From positions 32,001 to 96,000 of the forward strand of contig CAVVNQ010000004.1 in the NCBI GenBank assembly GCA_963749705.1: 64,000 nt of DNA, written 5' to 3'. Below, piece after piece: positions 56,365 through 64,000 of the stretch (within the stretch, counting starts at the first letter, position 1; each line of letters begins with the position of its first letter). Source of the stretch: an uncultured Chloroflexia bacterium (GTDB lineage Bacteria > Chloroflexota > Limnocylindria > Limnocylindrales > CSP1-4). Under the pieces are notes generated by a model. It worked only from the letters and a program-made list of their open reading frames with translations, searched no databases and was not told the DNA's origin. The translations under genes were made by a program, and so were the position numbers.

Positions 56365-57744
56365 ATGTCCATCGCGACCGACCCGCTGCTCGCGCCGCTC
56401 CCCGCGGACCGTCCGCCGGTCGACCGCGCCGCGCGCATCCCCGCCGGGTTCGTCGCCGCCGGGACCCGCGCGGGCATCAAGTTCTCCGGACGCCACGACT
56501 TCGCGCTGATCGTCGCGGAGGATGGCGCTGTGCCGGCGGCCGCGGTGTTCACCCCCAACCGGGTCGCCGCGGCGCCGGTCCGCCTGTCGCGGGCGAACCT
56601 GCGGGCGACCGGCGGCACGGATGCCGCTGCCGGCCTCGCGCGCGCGGTGATCGGGACCTCGGGCAGCGCGAACTGCGCCACCGGGCCCGACGGCGACGCC
56701 GACCAGGTCGCGATCGGCGAGGCGGTCGCCGCGGCCCTGGGTTCGCCGACCACGGAGATCCTCCACGTCTCGACCGGGATCATCGGGATCCGGCTGCCCG
56801 TCGACCGGGTGACCGCGGAGATCGCGCGGGTGACCGGCGGAGGGCTGGCCGCGACCGATGACGCGCTCACGAATGCGGCGCTGGCGCTGCGAACCACCGA
56901 CACGACGACCAAGACGGCGTCGACGACCGTGCTGCTGCCGGGTACGGGGGGCGCGGCGGCCGTCAGCGTCACCGTCACCGGGATCGCCAAGGGTGTCGGG
57001 ATGATCCACCCGCGCATGGCGACGATGCTGTCGGTGGTCCTGACCGACGCGCCCGCGGACCCCGCGACGCTGCACGCGCTGCTCCGGGGCGCCGCAGCGA
57101 CGACCTGGGACCAGCTGTCCGTCGACGGCGACACGAGCACCAACGACACGGTGTTCGTGCTGGCATCCGGACGCGCCGCCGCGGTCCCCGCCGGCGATGA
57201 CGATGGCGCCCGGCGCGCGCTCGCGGCCGGGATCGAGGCCGTCGCACGGGACCTGGCCCGACAGCAGGCGGCGGACGGCGAGGGCGCCACGGCGCTGATC
57301 ACCTGCCAGGTCTCGGGCGCCGCCGACGATGCCGACGCGCGGGCGGTTGCGCGAGCGGTGATCTCGTCGTCGCTGGTCAAGGCCGCGGTCCATGGCCGCG
57401 ACCCCAACTGGGGCCGTCTCGCGGGCGCCGCCGGCAACGCGACGCTGGCCGATGCGGCGATCCTCGAGGCGTCGGGCATGCCCCGCGCGGACGCGGCCGC
57501 CCGGGCAGGATCCCCCGCCGCCGTCGATCCCGCCCGGTTGCGGATCGCGATCGCCGGCCACCTCGTGTACGACGGCCCGCGCGGCGGCCCCGTCCCGATC
57601 GACAAGGTCGCGGCGCGTGAGGCGATGGGCGGCGACGAGGTCCTGCTCCGGCTCGATCTGGGGCTGGGCGGCGGCACCGGCGAGGCCTTTGGATGTGACC
57701 TGACCGAAGCGTACGTGCGCGAGAACTCGGAGTACACGACATGA
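56365..57744 (+). CDS. argJ: Ornithine acetyltransferase
   Basis: VFT.N, SG.AN, STG.IG, TTDT, KG.GMIHP.MATML, DGDTSTND, DGEGA, YTT. Confidence 0.96.
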   Translation: MSIATDPLLAPLPADRPPVDRAARIPAGFVAAGTRAGIKFSGRHDFALIVAEDGAVPAAAVFTPNRVAAAPVRLSRANLRATGGTDAAAGLARAVIGTSGSANCATGPDGDADQVAIGEAVAAALGSPTTEILHVSTGIIGIRLPVDRVTAEIARVTGGGLAATDDALTNAALALRTTDTTTKTASTTVLLPGTGGAAAVSVTVTGIAKGVGMIHPRMATMLSVVLTDAPADPATLHALLRGAAATTWDQLSVDGDTSTNDTVFVLASGRAAAVPAGDDDGARRALAAGIEAVARDLARQQAADGEGATALITCQVSGAADDADARAVARAVISSSLVKAAVHGRDPNWGRLAGAAGNATLADAAILEASGMPRADAAARAGSPAAVDPARLRIAIAGHLVYDGPRGGPVPIDKVAAREAMGGDEVLLRLDLGLGGGTGEAFGCDLTEAYVRENSEYTT

Positions 57745-58523
57745 GCGAGATCGTCGTCGTCAAGCTCGGCGGGACGACCCTCAGCGAGCAGCGCCAGGTG
57801 CTGGCCGAGGTGGCCACGATCGCGCGCAAGCGGCCGGTCGTGCTGGTGCACGGCGGTGGCAAGCGCATGACCGAGTGGCTGGAGCGGCTGGGCGTGCCGT
57901 CGCGGTTCGAGGGCGGGCTGCGGGTCACCGATCCCGCCGCCCTCGAGGTCGCCGCGGCGGTCCTCCGCGGGGTCGTCAACAGCGAGCTGGTGGCCGCGCT
58001 CCACGACGTGGGCTGCGATGCCGTGGGGCTGTCCGGCGTGGACGGCGGGCTGCTCATCGGGCAGCGGGTGCCCGAGATCGGCCTGGTCGCGACCGTCGTC
58101 GGCGTGCGCCGCGACCTGCTCGACTCGCTGCTCGTCGCCGGCCAGGTGCCGGTCGTCGCGCCGCTTGCGCGCGACGAGGAGGGCATCGTGTGCAACGTCA
58201 ACGCGGACGATGCAGCCGCGGGCATCGCCGCCGGGCTCGGCGCTCGCCAGCTGGTCCTGATGACGGACGTCGATGGCGTGCGCAACGCCGCCGGCGAGCG
58301 ACTCACCTCGATCTCGATCGAGGAGGCCGAGGCGCTGATCGCCGATGGAACGATCAGCGGCGGCATGGTGCCCAAGGTCAAGGCCGCGCTGGCGGCGCTG
58401 ACCTGGGAGGGTGCCGAGGCGGTCATCGTGGATGCCGCCGCACCCGCTGCGCTCGCCCGCGCCCTGACCGATCCGACCTTCGGCACCCGCGTGTCGGCGC
58501 ACGCCCACGCCGGCGCGGCCTGA
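57741..58523 (+). CDS. argB: Acetylglutamate kinase
   Basis: VKLGG, VHGGG, GLRVTD, NVNAD, TDVDGV, GGMVPK. Confidence 0.95.
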   Translation: MSEIVVVKLGGTTLSEQRQVLAEVATIARKRPVVLVHGGGKRMTEWLERLGVPSRFEGGLRVTDPAALEVAAAVLRGVVNSELVAALHDVGCDAVGLSGVDGGLLIGQRVPEIGLVATVVGVRRDLLDSLLVAGQVPVVAPLARDEEGIVCNVNADDAAAGIAAGLGARQLVLMTDVDGVRNAAGERLTSISIEEAEALIADGTISGGMVPKVKAALAALTWEGAEAVIVDAAAPAALARALTDPTFGTRVSAHAHAGAA

Positions 58524-58527
58524 GCCG

Positions 58528-59031
58528 ATGCTCGCCAAGCGGGATCGCCACGCCGCCATCCGCCGCCTCGTGGCGAGCCGTCCCATCGGCAGCCAGGGCG
58601 AGCTCGTCGCCGCGCTCTCCGCGCTCGGGTTCGAGGTCACCCAGGCGACGGTCAGCCGCGACATCGCGGAGCTCGGCCTGGCCAAGGTCATGCGCGGCGA
58701 CCACGCCGCCTACGTCAACCCCGAGGATCTCGCGCCCGCGCAGCGTCCGCCGTCCGACGAGCGGCTGCGCCGGATCCTGGGCGACATCCCGGTCACCGTC
58801 GGGCGCAGCGGCCTGATCCTCGTCCTCACGGGCCAGCCCGGCACCGCCAACGTCATTGCCCAGGCGATCGACGAATCCACCCTCGCCGAGCAGGTCGGTA
58901 CCGTCGCCGGGGACAACACGCTCATCGTCCTGTTCCCCGACGAGCCCGCCCTGGAGCGCTGGCTCGATCGGTTCCAAGCGATCCAGGCGCCGGTGGAGCC
59001 GGCGATCCCCACGGAGGCCATGTCCCGATGA
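58528..59031 (+). CDS. argR: Arginine repressor
   Basis: TQATVSRDI, GTVAGDNT. Confidence 0.95.
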   Translation: MLAKRDRHAAIRRLVASRPIGSQGELVAALSALGFEVTQATVSRDIAELGLAKVMRGDHAAYVNPEDLAPAQRPPSDERLRRILGDIPVTVGRSGLILVLTGQPGTANVIAQAIDESTLAEQVGTVAGDNTLIVLFPDEPALERWLDRFQAIQAPVEPAIPTEAMSR

Positions 59032-60323
59032 ACAAGGTCGTGCTTGCCTATTCCGGAGGCCTCGATACCTCCGTCGCCGTCGCCTGGCTCAAGGAACAGT
59101 ACGGCGTCGAGGTGATCACCCTGACCGTCGACCTCGGTGGAGGCTCGATGCGCGAAGGGGTAGAGCGGCGCGCGATCAAGGCCGGCGCGTCGAAGGCGTA
59201 CGTCGTCGACGCCCGCGAGACGTTCATCCAGCAGTACGCGTGGCGCGCGCTCCAGTCCGGGGCCGTCTACCAGGGCGCCTATCCCCTGGCGACCGCGCTC
59301 GCACGACCCCTGCTCGCGCAGCTCCTGGTCGAGGTTGCCCAGAAAGAGGGTGCCGACGCCGTCGCCCACGGGTGCACCGGCAAGGGCAACGACCAGGTTC
59401 GCTTCGACATCGCGGTCCACGCGCTCGACCCCGGGCTCGAGGTGATCGCGCCGATGCGGGTGGGCATGGGCCTGTCGCGCGACCAGGAGATCGACTACGC
59501 GATCGAGCGCGGCATCGAGATCCCGATCACCAAGGCGTCTCCGTACTCGATCGACGTCAACCTGTGGGGGCGCTCGTGCGAGACGGGCGTGCTCGAGGAC
59601 CCGTGGGTGACCCCGCCGCCCGATGCGTACGAGTGGACCGTCGCGCCGGGCGATGCGCCCGACCCGGTCGATCTCGTGATCGGGTTCGAGGGCGGAATCC
59701 CGGTGTCGATCGACGGCCAGCCAATGGGCTCGGTGGAGCTGGTCCAGCGGCTCCACGACGTCGGCGGCGCCCATGGCGTGGGCCGGATCGATCACGTCGA
59801 GGATCGCCTGGTGGGGATCAAGAGCCGCGAGATCTACGAGGCCCCGGCGGCCGTGATCCTGCACACGGCCCATCACGCGCTCGAAGGGCTCGTGCTGTCC
59901 AAGGAGCAGCTGCGGTTCAACCGCCTCGTCGCCGACGAGCTGTCGCAGATCATCTACGACGGGCTGTGGTTCAGCGCCCTGTCGCGCGACCTCCGGACCT
60001 ACGCGCTGTCCTCGCAACGGGTGGTCTCGGGTGACGTGCGGATGCGGCTGGACCACGGGCGGGCGATCGTCGTCGGCCGGCGCTCCCCGCTCAGCCTGTA
60101 CGACAAGAACCTCGCCACCTACGACGAGGGCGACGCCTTCGACCACGCGTCCGCGGTCGGGTTCATCGAGATCTTCGGGCTGCCGCTGCGGGTCGAGGCC
60201 GCGCGCCACGGCGCCGTGGGCAAGCACCACGGCGCGGCGTGGACGTGGACCGAGCCGTTGCTCGAGGGCCTGCCGACCAGCGTCACGGGCGACGCCGTGG
60301 CCGGCGAGACCGGCGGCCGCTGA
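59028..60323 (+). CDS. argG: Argininosuccinate synthase
   Basis: LAYSGGLDTS, HGCTGKGNDQVRF, YSID.NLWGRS.E, GIKSRE.YE. Confidence 0.97.
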   Translation: MNKVVLAYSGGLDTSVAVAWLKEQYGVEVITLTVDLGGGSMREGVERRAIKAGASKAYVVDARETFIQQYAWRALQSGAVYQGAYPLATALARPLLAQLLVEVAQKEGADAVAHGCTGKGNDQVRFDIAVHALDPGLEVIAPMRVGMGLSRDQEIDYAIERGIEIPITKASPYSIDVNLWGRSCETGVLEDPWVTPPPDAYEWTVAPGDAPDPVDLVIGFEGGIPVSIDGQPMGSVELVQRLHDVGGAHGVGRIDHVEDRLVGIKSREIYEAPAAVILHTAHHALEGLVLSKEQLRFNRLVADELSQIIYDGLWFSALSRDLRTYALSSQRVVSGDVRMRLDHGRAIVVGRRSPLSLYDKNLATYDEGDAFDHASAVGFIEIFGLPLRVEAARHGAVGKHHGAAWTWTEPLLEGLPTSVTGDAVAGETGGR

Positions 60324-60402
60324 CCCCGTCGCCGGGGGCCGCTCCCGCGCGCCCGCGCCCGGCGGGCCATCCGGTGCGCCCGACGCCGGGTAGGCTGTCG
60401 CG

Positions 60403-61689
60403 GTGACCACCACGTCGGAATCGGGCACCGGCCGCGCCATGGGACGGCGCCGCCGTGCATCCGCGGGCACGGCCGCCGCGCCGCGCGTCGACCAGCTGGC
60501 GTTCCTCCACGAGTTCGCGCAGCTCGCCACGCAGGCTCGCGACTGGGACGAGCTGATGCGAACGCTGGTCGACCGGACGACGGTGGCCCTGGGCGTCGAG
60601 GTCTGCTCGTTCTACCTGCTCGACCGCGATGGGCGGCGGCTGACGCTCGCGGCGACCAACGGGCTCGACGTGGCCAAGGTCGGCCAGGTCACGCTGCGGC
60701 TGGGCGAGGGCATCACCGGCCGTGCCGCCGAGACGCGATTGCCGGTCACGTCGCGCGACGTGACCGCCGATCCGCGATTCAGCTGGGTGCGCGGCTTCGA
60801 CAACGTCCAGCTGCACGGGATGCTGTCCGTCCCGCTGATCTGGAACGAGGCGGTGGTCGGGGTGCTCAACGTCCAGACCGCGGGCATCCGGGCGTTCACG
60901 CCCGACGAGGTCGAGTTCCTGTCGACGATCGCGGCCCTGCTGGCCGGCATCGTGGAGAAGGGCCGCCTGCAGGCCGAGGCGGAGGCGCAGCTCGACCGGC
61001 TGTCGCAGCTGGACGCGGCCCGGGCGGAGCTGCTCGCGGTCGTGACCCACGAGCTGCGCACGCCGCTGGCGGTGGTCCGCGCGTACGTCGACCTGCTTGC
61101 CGACGAGGCCACCGATGGCGAGGGCGGCAACCGGAACCTCGTCGAGACCTGGCGCGAGAGCGCCATCGACCAGGTCACGAGACTCGACCGGCTGGTGGAC
61201 TCGATCCTCGCGTCGGTGCGCGGCGAGGGGCTGACCGGCCTGCTCCGCGACCCGTTCGACGTGGTCACGGCGATCGGCGCCACCGTGGGCAACCTGGCGC
61301 TGCTGCTCCGTACCCGCGCCGTCCGCTGGGACCCGCCCACCCACCCGGTCGTCGCCCGGGGCGACGAGGCCCGCTTCCGCCAGGTGCTCGAGCAGATCCT
61401 CGACAACGAGGCGAAGTACGCGCCGCCGGAGGTCGCGGTCTCGATCGGCGTGTGGCGCCACGACGACGAGGTGCAGGTCTACATCACCGACGATGGGCCG
61501 GGCGTCCCGATCAACGACTGGGAGGCCGTGTTCCAGCCGTACGTGCGCGTCGATCGCCTGCGCGCGCGCGGATCGGGCATCGGGCTGTTCGCCGCCCGAC
61601 GGCTGATGGAGGCGATGGGCGGCCGGGTCTGGATCGAGAAGAACGGCTACGGCGGGTCGCGGTTCGTGGTGTCGCTGCCCATCGCCTGA
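60403..61689 (+). CDS. Cytoplasmic GAF-domain sensor histidine kinase
   Basis: GAF (LAATNG, GEGITG, LSVPL), HELRTPL, DDGPG, GSGIGL. Confidence 0.92.
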   Translation: MTTTSESGTGRAMGRRRRASAGTAAAPRVDQLAFLHEFAQLATQARDWDELMRTLVDRTTVALGVEVCSFYLLDRDGRRLTLAATNGLDVAKVGQVTLRLGEGITGRAAETRLPVTSRDVTADPRFSWVRGFDNVQLHGMLSVPLIWNEAVVGVLNVQTAGIRAFTPDEVEFLSTIAALLAGIVEKGRLQAEAEAQLDRLSQLDAARAELLAVVTHELRTPLAVVRAYVDLLADEATDGEGGNRNLVETWRESAIDQVTRLDRLVDSILASVRGEGLTGLLRDPFDVVTAIGATVGNLALLLRTRAVRWDPPTHPVVARGDEARFRQVLEQILDNEAKYAPPEVAVSIGVWRHDDEVQVYITDDGPGVPINDWEAVFQPYVRVDRLRARGSGIGLFAARRLMEAMGGRVWIEKNGYGGSRFVVSLPIA

Positions 61690-61725
61690 CGCGACCGACG
61701 CACTGCCGCCGGCCGCCGGATCGCC

Positions 61726-62835
61726 CTACCCGAGCGAGGTCACCACCAGCGACTCGCGGGCGCGCAGGTGCGCGTAGCGCGGCTTGACGACCTCGCTGAT
61801 CAGGCGCAGCCGCTCGTCGAACGCGACGAACGCGGACTTGAGCGCGTTGATCGTGAGCCATTCCATCTCGCCCAGCCCGATCCCGAACGCGGCGTCCAGC
61901 GCCTGAAACTCGGACGACAGCGAGACCCCGCTCATCAGCCGGTTGTCGGTGTTGACCGTCACCCGGAACCGGAGCCGGCGGAGCAGATCGAACGGGTGCT
62001 CCTCGATCGACGCCGCCGCGCCCGTGTGCACGTTCGAGGTCGGGCACATCTCGAGGGGCACGCGGCGGTCGCGGGCAAATGCCGCCAGCCGGCCCATCGA
62101 GACCGTCCCGTCCTCGTGGACGGTGATGTCGTCGACCATGCGGACGCCGTGCCCCAGTCGCTCGGCGCCGCACAGCTGGAGCGCCTCCCAGATCGACGGC
62201 AGCCCGAACGATTCACCGGCATGGATCGTGATGTGGAAGTTCTCGCGCCGGACGTGCTCGAACGCGTCGAGGTGGCGCGTGGGCCGGTAGCCGGCCTCGG
62301 GCCCGGCGATGTCGAAGCCGACCACACCGGCATCGCGCCACCTCACCGCCAGCTCCGCGATCTCCATCGACCGCGCCGCCTGGCGCATGGCCGTGATCAG
62401 CGCGCGGACCACGATCGGCCGCCCGGCGGCCTCCGCGTTCGCCATGCCGACCCGGAAGCCCTCGAGGTTGGCCTCGACGACCTCGTCCAGGGTCAGGCCC
62501 TTCTCGACCGACAGCTCTGGCGCGTACCGGATCTCCGCATACACGACGCCGTCCGCGGCCAGGTCCTCGACGCACTCGGCGGACACGCGGACGATGGCAT
62601 CGCGATCCTGGAGCACGCCGATCGTGTGCTGGAAGGTCTCGAGGTACAGCTCCAGCGACTTGCGGTCGGCGCCGCGGCGGAACCACGCCCCCAGCGCCTC
62701 CACGTCCTGCGTCGGCAGGTCGCGGTAGCCGTACTCGCGGGCGAGATCCACGATCGTCGCGGGGCGAAGACCGCCGTCGAGGTGGTCGTGGAGCAGCGCC
62801 TTGGGCGCCTCGCGGATGGTGTCGAGCGTGAGCAT
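61726..62835 (-). CDS. add: Adenosine deaminase
   Basis: LHDHLDG, DIAG.E, HAGE, RLGHG, EMCPTSN, NTDN. Confidence 0.93.
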   Translation of the reverse strand: MLTLDTIREAPKALLHDHLDGGLRPATIVDLAREYGYRDLPTQDVEALGAWFRRGADRKSLELYLETFQHTIGVLQDRDAIVRVSAECVEDLAADGVVYAEIRYAPELSVEKGLTLDEVVEANLEGFRVGMANAEAAGRPIVVRALITAMRQAARSMEIAELAVRWRDAGVVGFDIAGPEAGYRPTRHLDAFEHVRRENFHITIHAGESFGLPSIWEALQLCGAERLGHGVRMVDDITVHEDGTVSMGRLAAFARDRRVPLEMCPTSNVHTGAAASIEEHPFDLLRRLRFRVTVNTDNRLMSGVSLSSEFQALDAAFGIGLGEMEWLTINALKSAFVAFDERLRLISEVVKPRYAHLRARESLVVTSLG

Positions 62836-63016
62836 GGCGGCCTCCGGACGTTCGAGCGATCGTAGCGCGGCCGCAGGCAACCGGTAGGGCCGACGGAACC
62901 GGGTCCGGCGGCCGGACGGACGCCGGTGCGAGTCGGCACCGCCATCGGCCGCGAGCCGGGGACATCGGTCATTTGCCCGATGCGTCATCTGGCTCCGGTC
63001 GTACACTCTGCAAACC

Positions 63017-64000
63017 ATGAGCCAGGTGCGTCCCCTGCTGAGCCCGATCCTGGTCGGTCGCGACGACCTGCTTGAGCTTGCGGAGCGCCGGCTCGCGGAG
63101 GCAGCCGATGGCCATGGTCAGCTGCTGCTCCTGGCCGGCGAGGCGGGCATCGGCAAGACCCGGTTGCTGGCGGCCATCCTGCGCAAGGCGGGCGGCGCGG
63201 GCTTCCGGATCTCGAAGGGCGATCTCGCCCCGCAGGACCGGCAGGTACCGCTGGCATCGATCCTCGACCTCGCCCGGACCATGCGCCGGCTGCCCGAGTT
63301 CGGCACGCTCGGCGACGACCTGCTGGAGATCCGCGGCGGGCAGGGCGGCGACAACCTCGGCTCGCGGCGGCTGCTCGTCCGCGACATCGCCGAACGGATC
63401 ATCACATCCGTCGAGGCGCCCACCGTCCTGGTGTTCGATGACCTCCAGTGGGCCGACGAGATCAGCCTCGAGGTGATCGGCGAGCTGGCGCGCATGGGCC
63501 GCGGCATGCCGCTCCTGCTCGTGGGCGCGTACCGTGCCGACGAGCTCCCGGCTGGTTCGTATCACCGTGAGTGGCGCGCCCGCCTGCTCAGCCAGCGACT
63601 GGCCGAGGAGGCACGGCTGAGCCCAATGACCTACGAACAGACGGCGCTGGTCACGACGCTCATCCTGGGCACCGGCCTGCCGGCGCCCCGCGAGGTGGTC
63701 AAGGCGGTGTTCGAGCGGACGGACGGGATCCCGCTCCACATCGAGGAGCTCCTCGGCGCGCTCAGCGACGACGCCCGCCAGGATGGCCGTGCCATCCGCG
63801 AGGCCGTGGTCCCGGACACGATCGAGGACGCGATCCTCGCCCGCGCCGGACGACTGTCGCCGGCGGCGCGCGAGGTCGCGCGGGCCGGCGCCGTGATCGG
63901 GCGCTGCTTCGTCCCGGAGGTCCTGGCGGGCGTCCTGGACCGGCCGCTGCATGAGCTCGACGCGCCCCTCGCCGAGCTCGTCGCCAGCTCGTTCCTGTAT
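63017..64000 (+). CDS. AAA-ATPase (LAL/LuxR-type) transcriptional regulator, 3' end truncated by window
   Basis: Read directly (not in ORF track): [36 protein letters not shown]. Confidence 0.88.
   Translation, partial: MSQVRPLLSPILVGRDDLLELAERRLAEAADGHGQLLLLAGEAGIGKTRLLAAILRKAGGAGFRISKGDLAPQDRQVPLASILDLARTMRRLPEFGTLGDDLLEIRGGQGGDNLGSRRLLVRDIAERIITSVEAPTVLVFDDLQWADEISLEVIGELARMGRGMPLLLVGAYRADELPAGSYHREWRARLLSQRLAEEARLSPMTYEQTALVTTLILGTGLPAPREVVKAVFERTDGIPLHIEELLGALSDDARQDGRAIREAVVPDTIEDAILARAGRLSPAAREVARAGAVIGRCFVPEVLAGVLDRPLHELDAPLAELVASSFLY

Overview
High-GC, gene-dense bacterial chromosome segment; gene content suggests Chloroflexota/Actinomycetota-like origin (inference). About 60 genes. 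Main blocks: a DUF3090 + SCO1664-like kinase pair; an orphan HExxH protein; an alkyl-DHAP-synthase-like oxidoreductase with an FGGY kinase; a 12-gene LacI-associated catabolic operon of unknown substrate (7.8-20.2 kb, minus strand); a TM0106-type nuclease-helicase; an amidinotransferase/ArgE pair; an FTR1 iron permease; aceE; F420 genes cofD/cofC/cofE with F420-dependent enzymes; trxB; and argC-J-B-R-G. No tRNA, rRNA, CRISPR, transposase or prophage was seen. Best leads: a leaderless Arg-terminated 22-codon uORF under the ARG boxes whose stop overlaps the argC start; a 34-codon Arg-rich ORF bridging two genes; two ~200-bp three-copy REP/MITE-like elements; a structured leader before a small Zn-ribbon protein; and a CsoR-type operator before trxB. 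Many genes look leaderless, two appear to start at CTG, and three carry +1 frameshifts that may be assembly errors. All calls come from reading motifs by eye, with no database searches.
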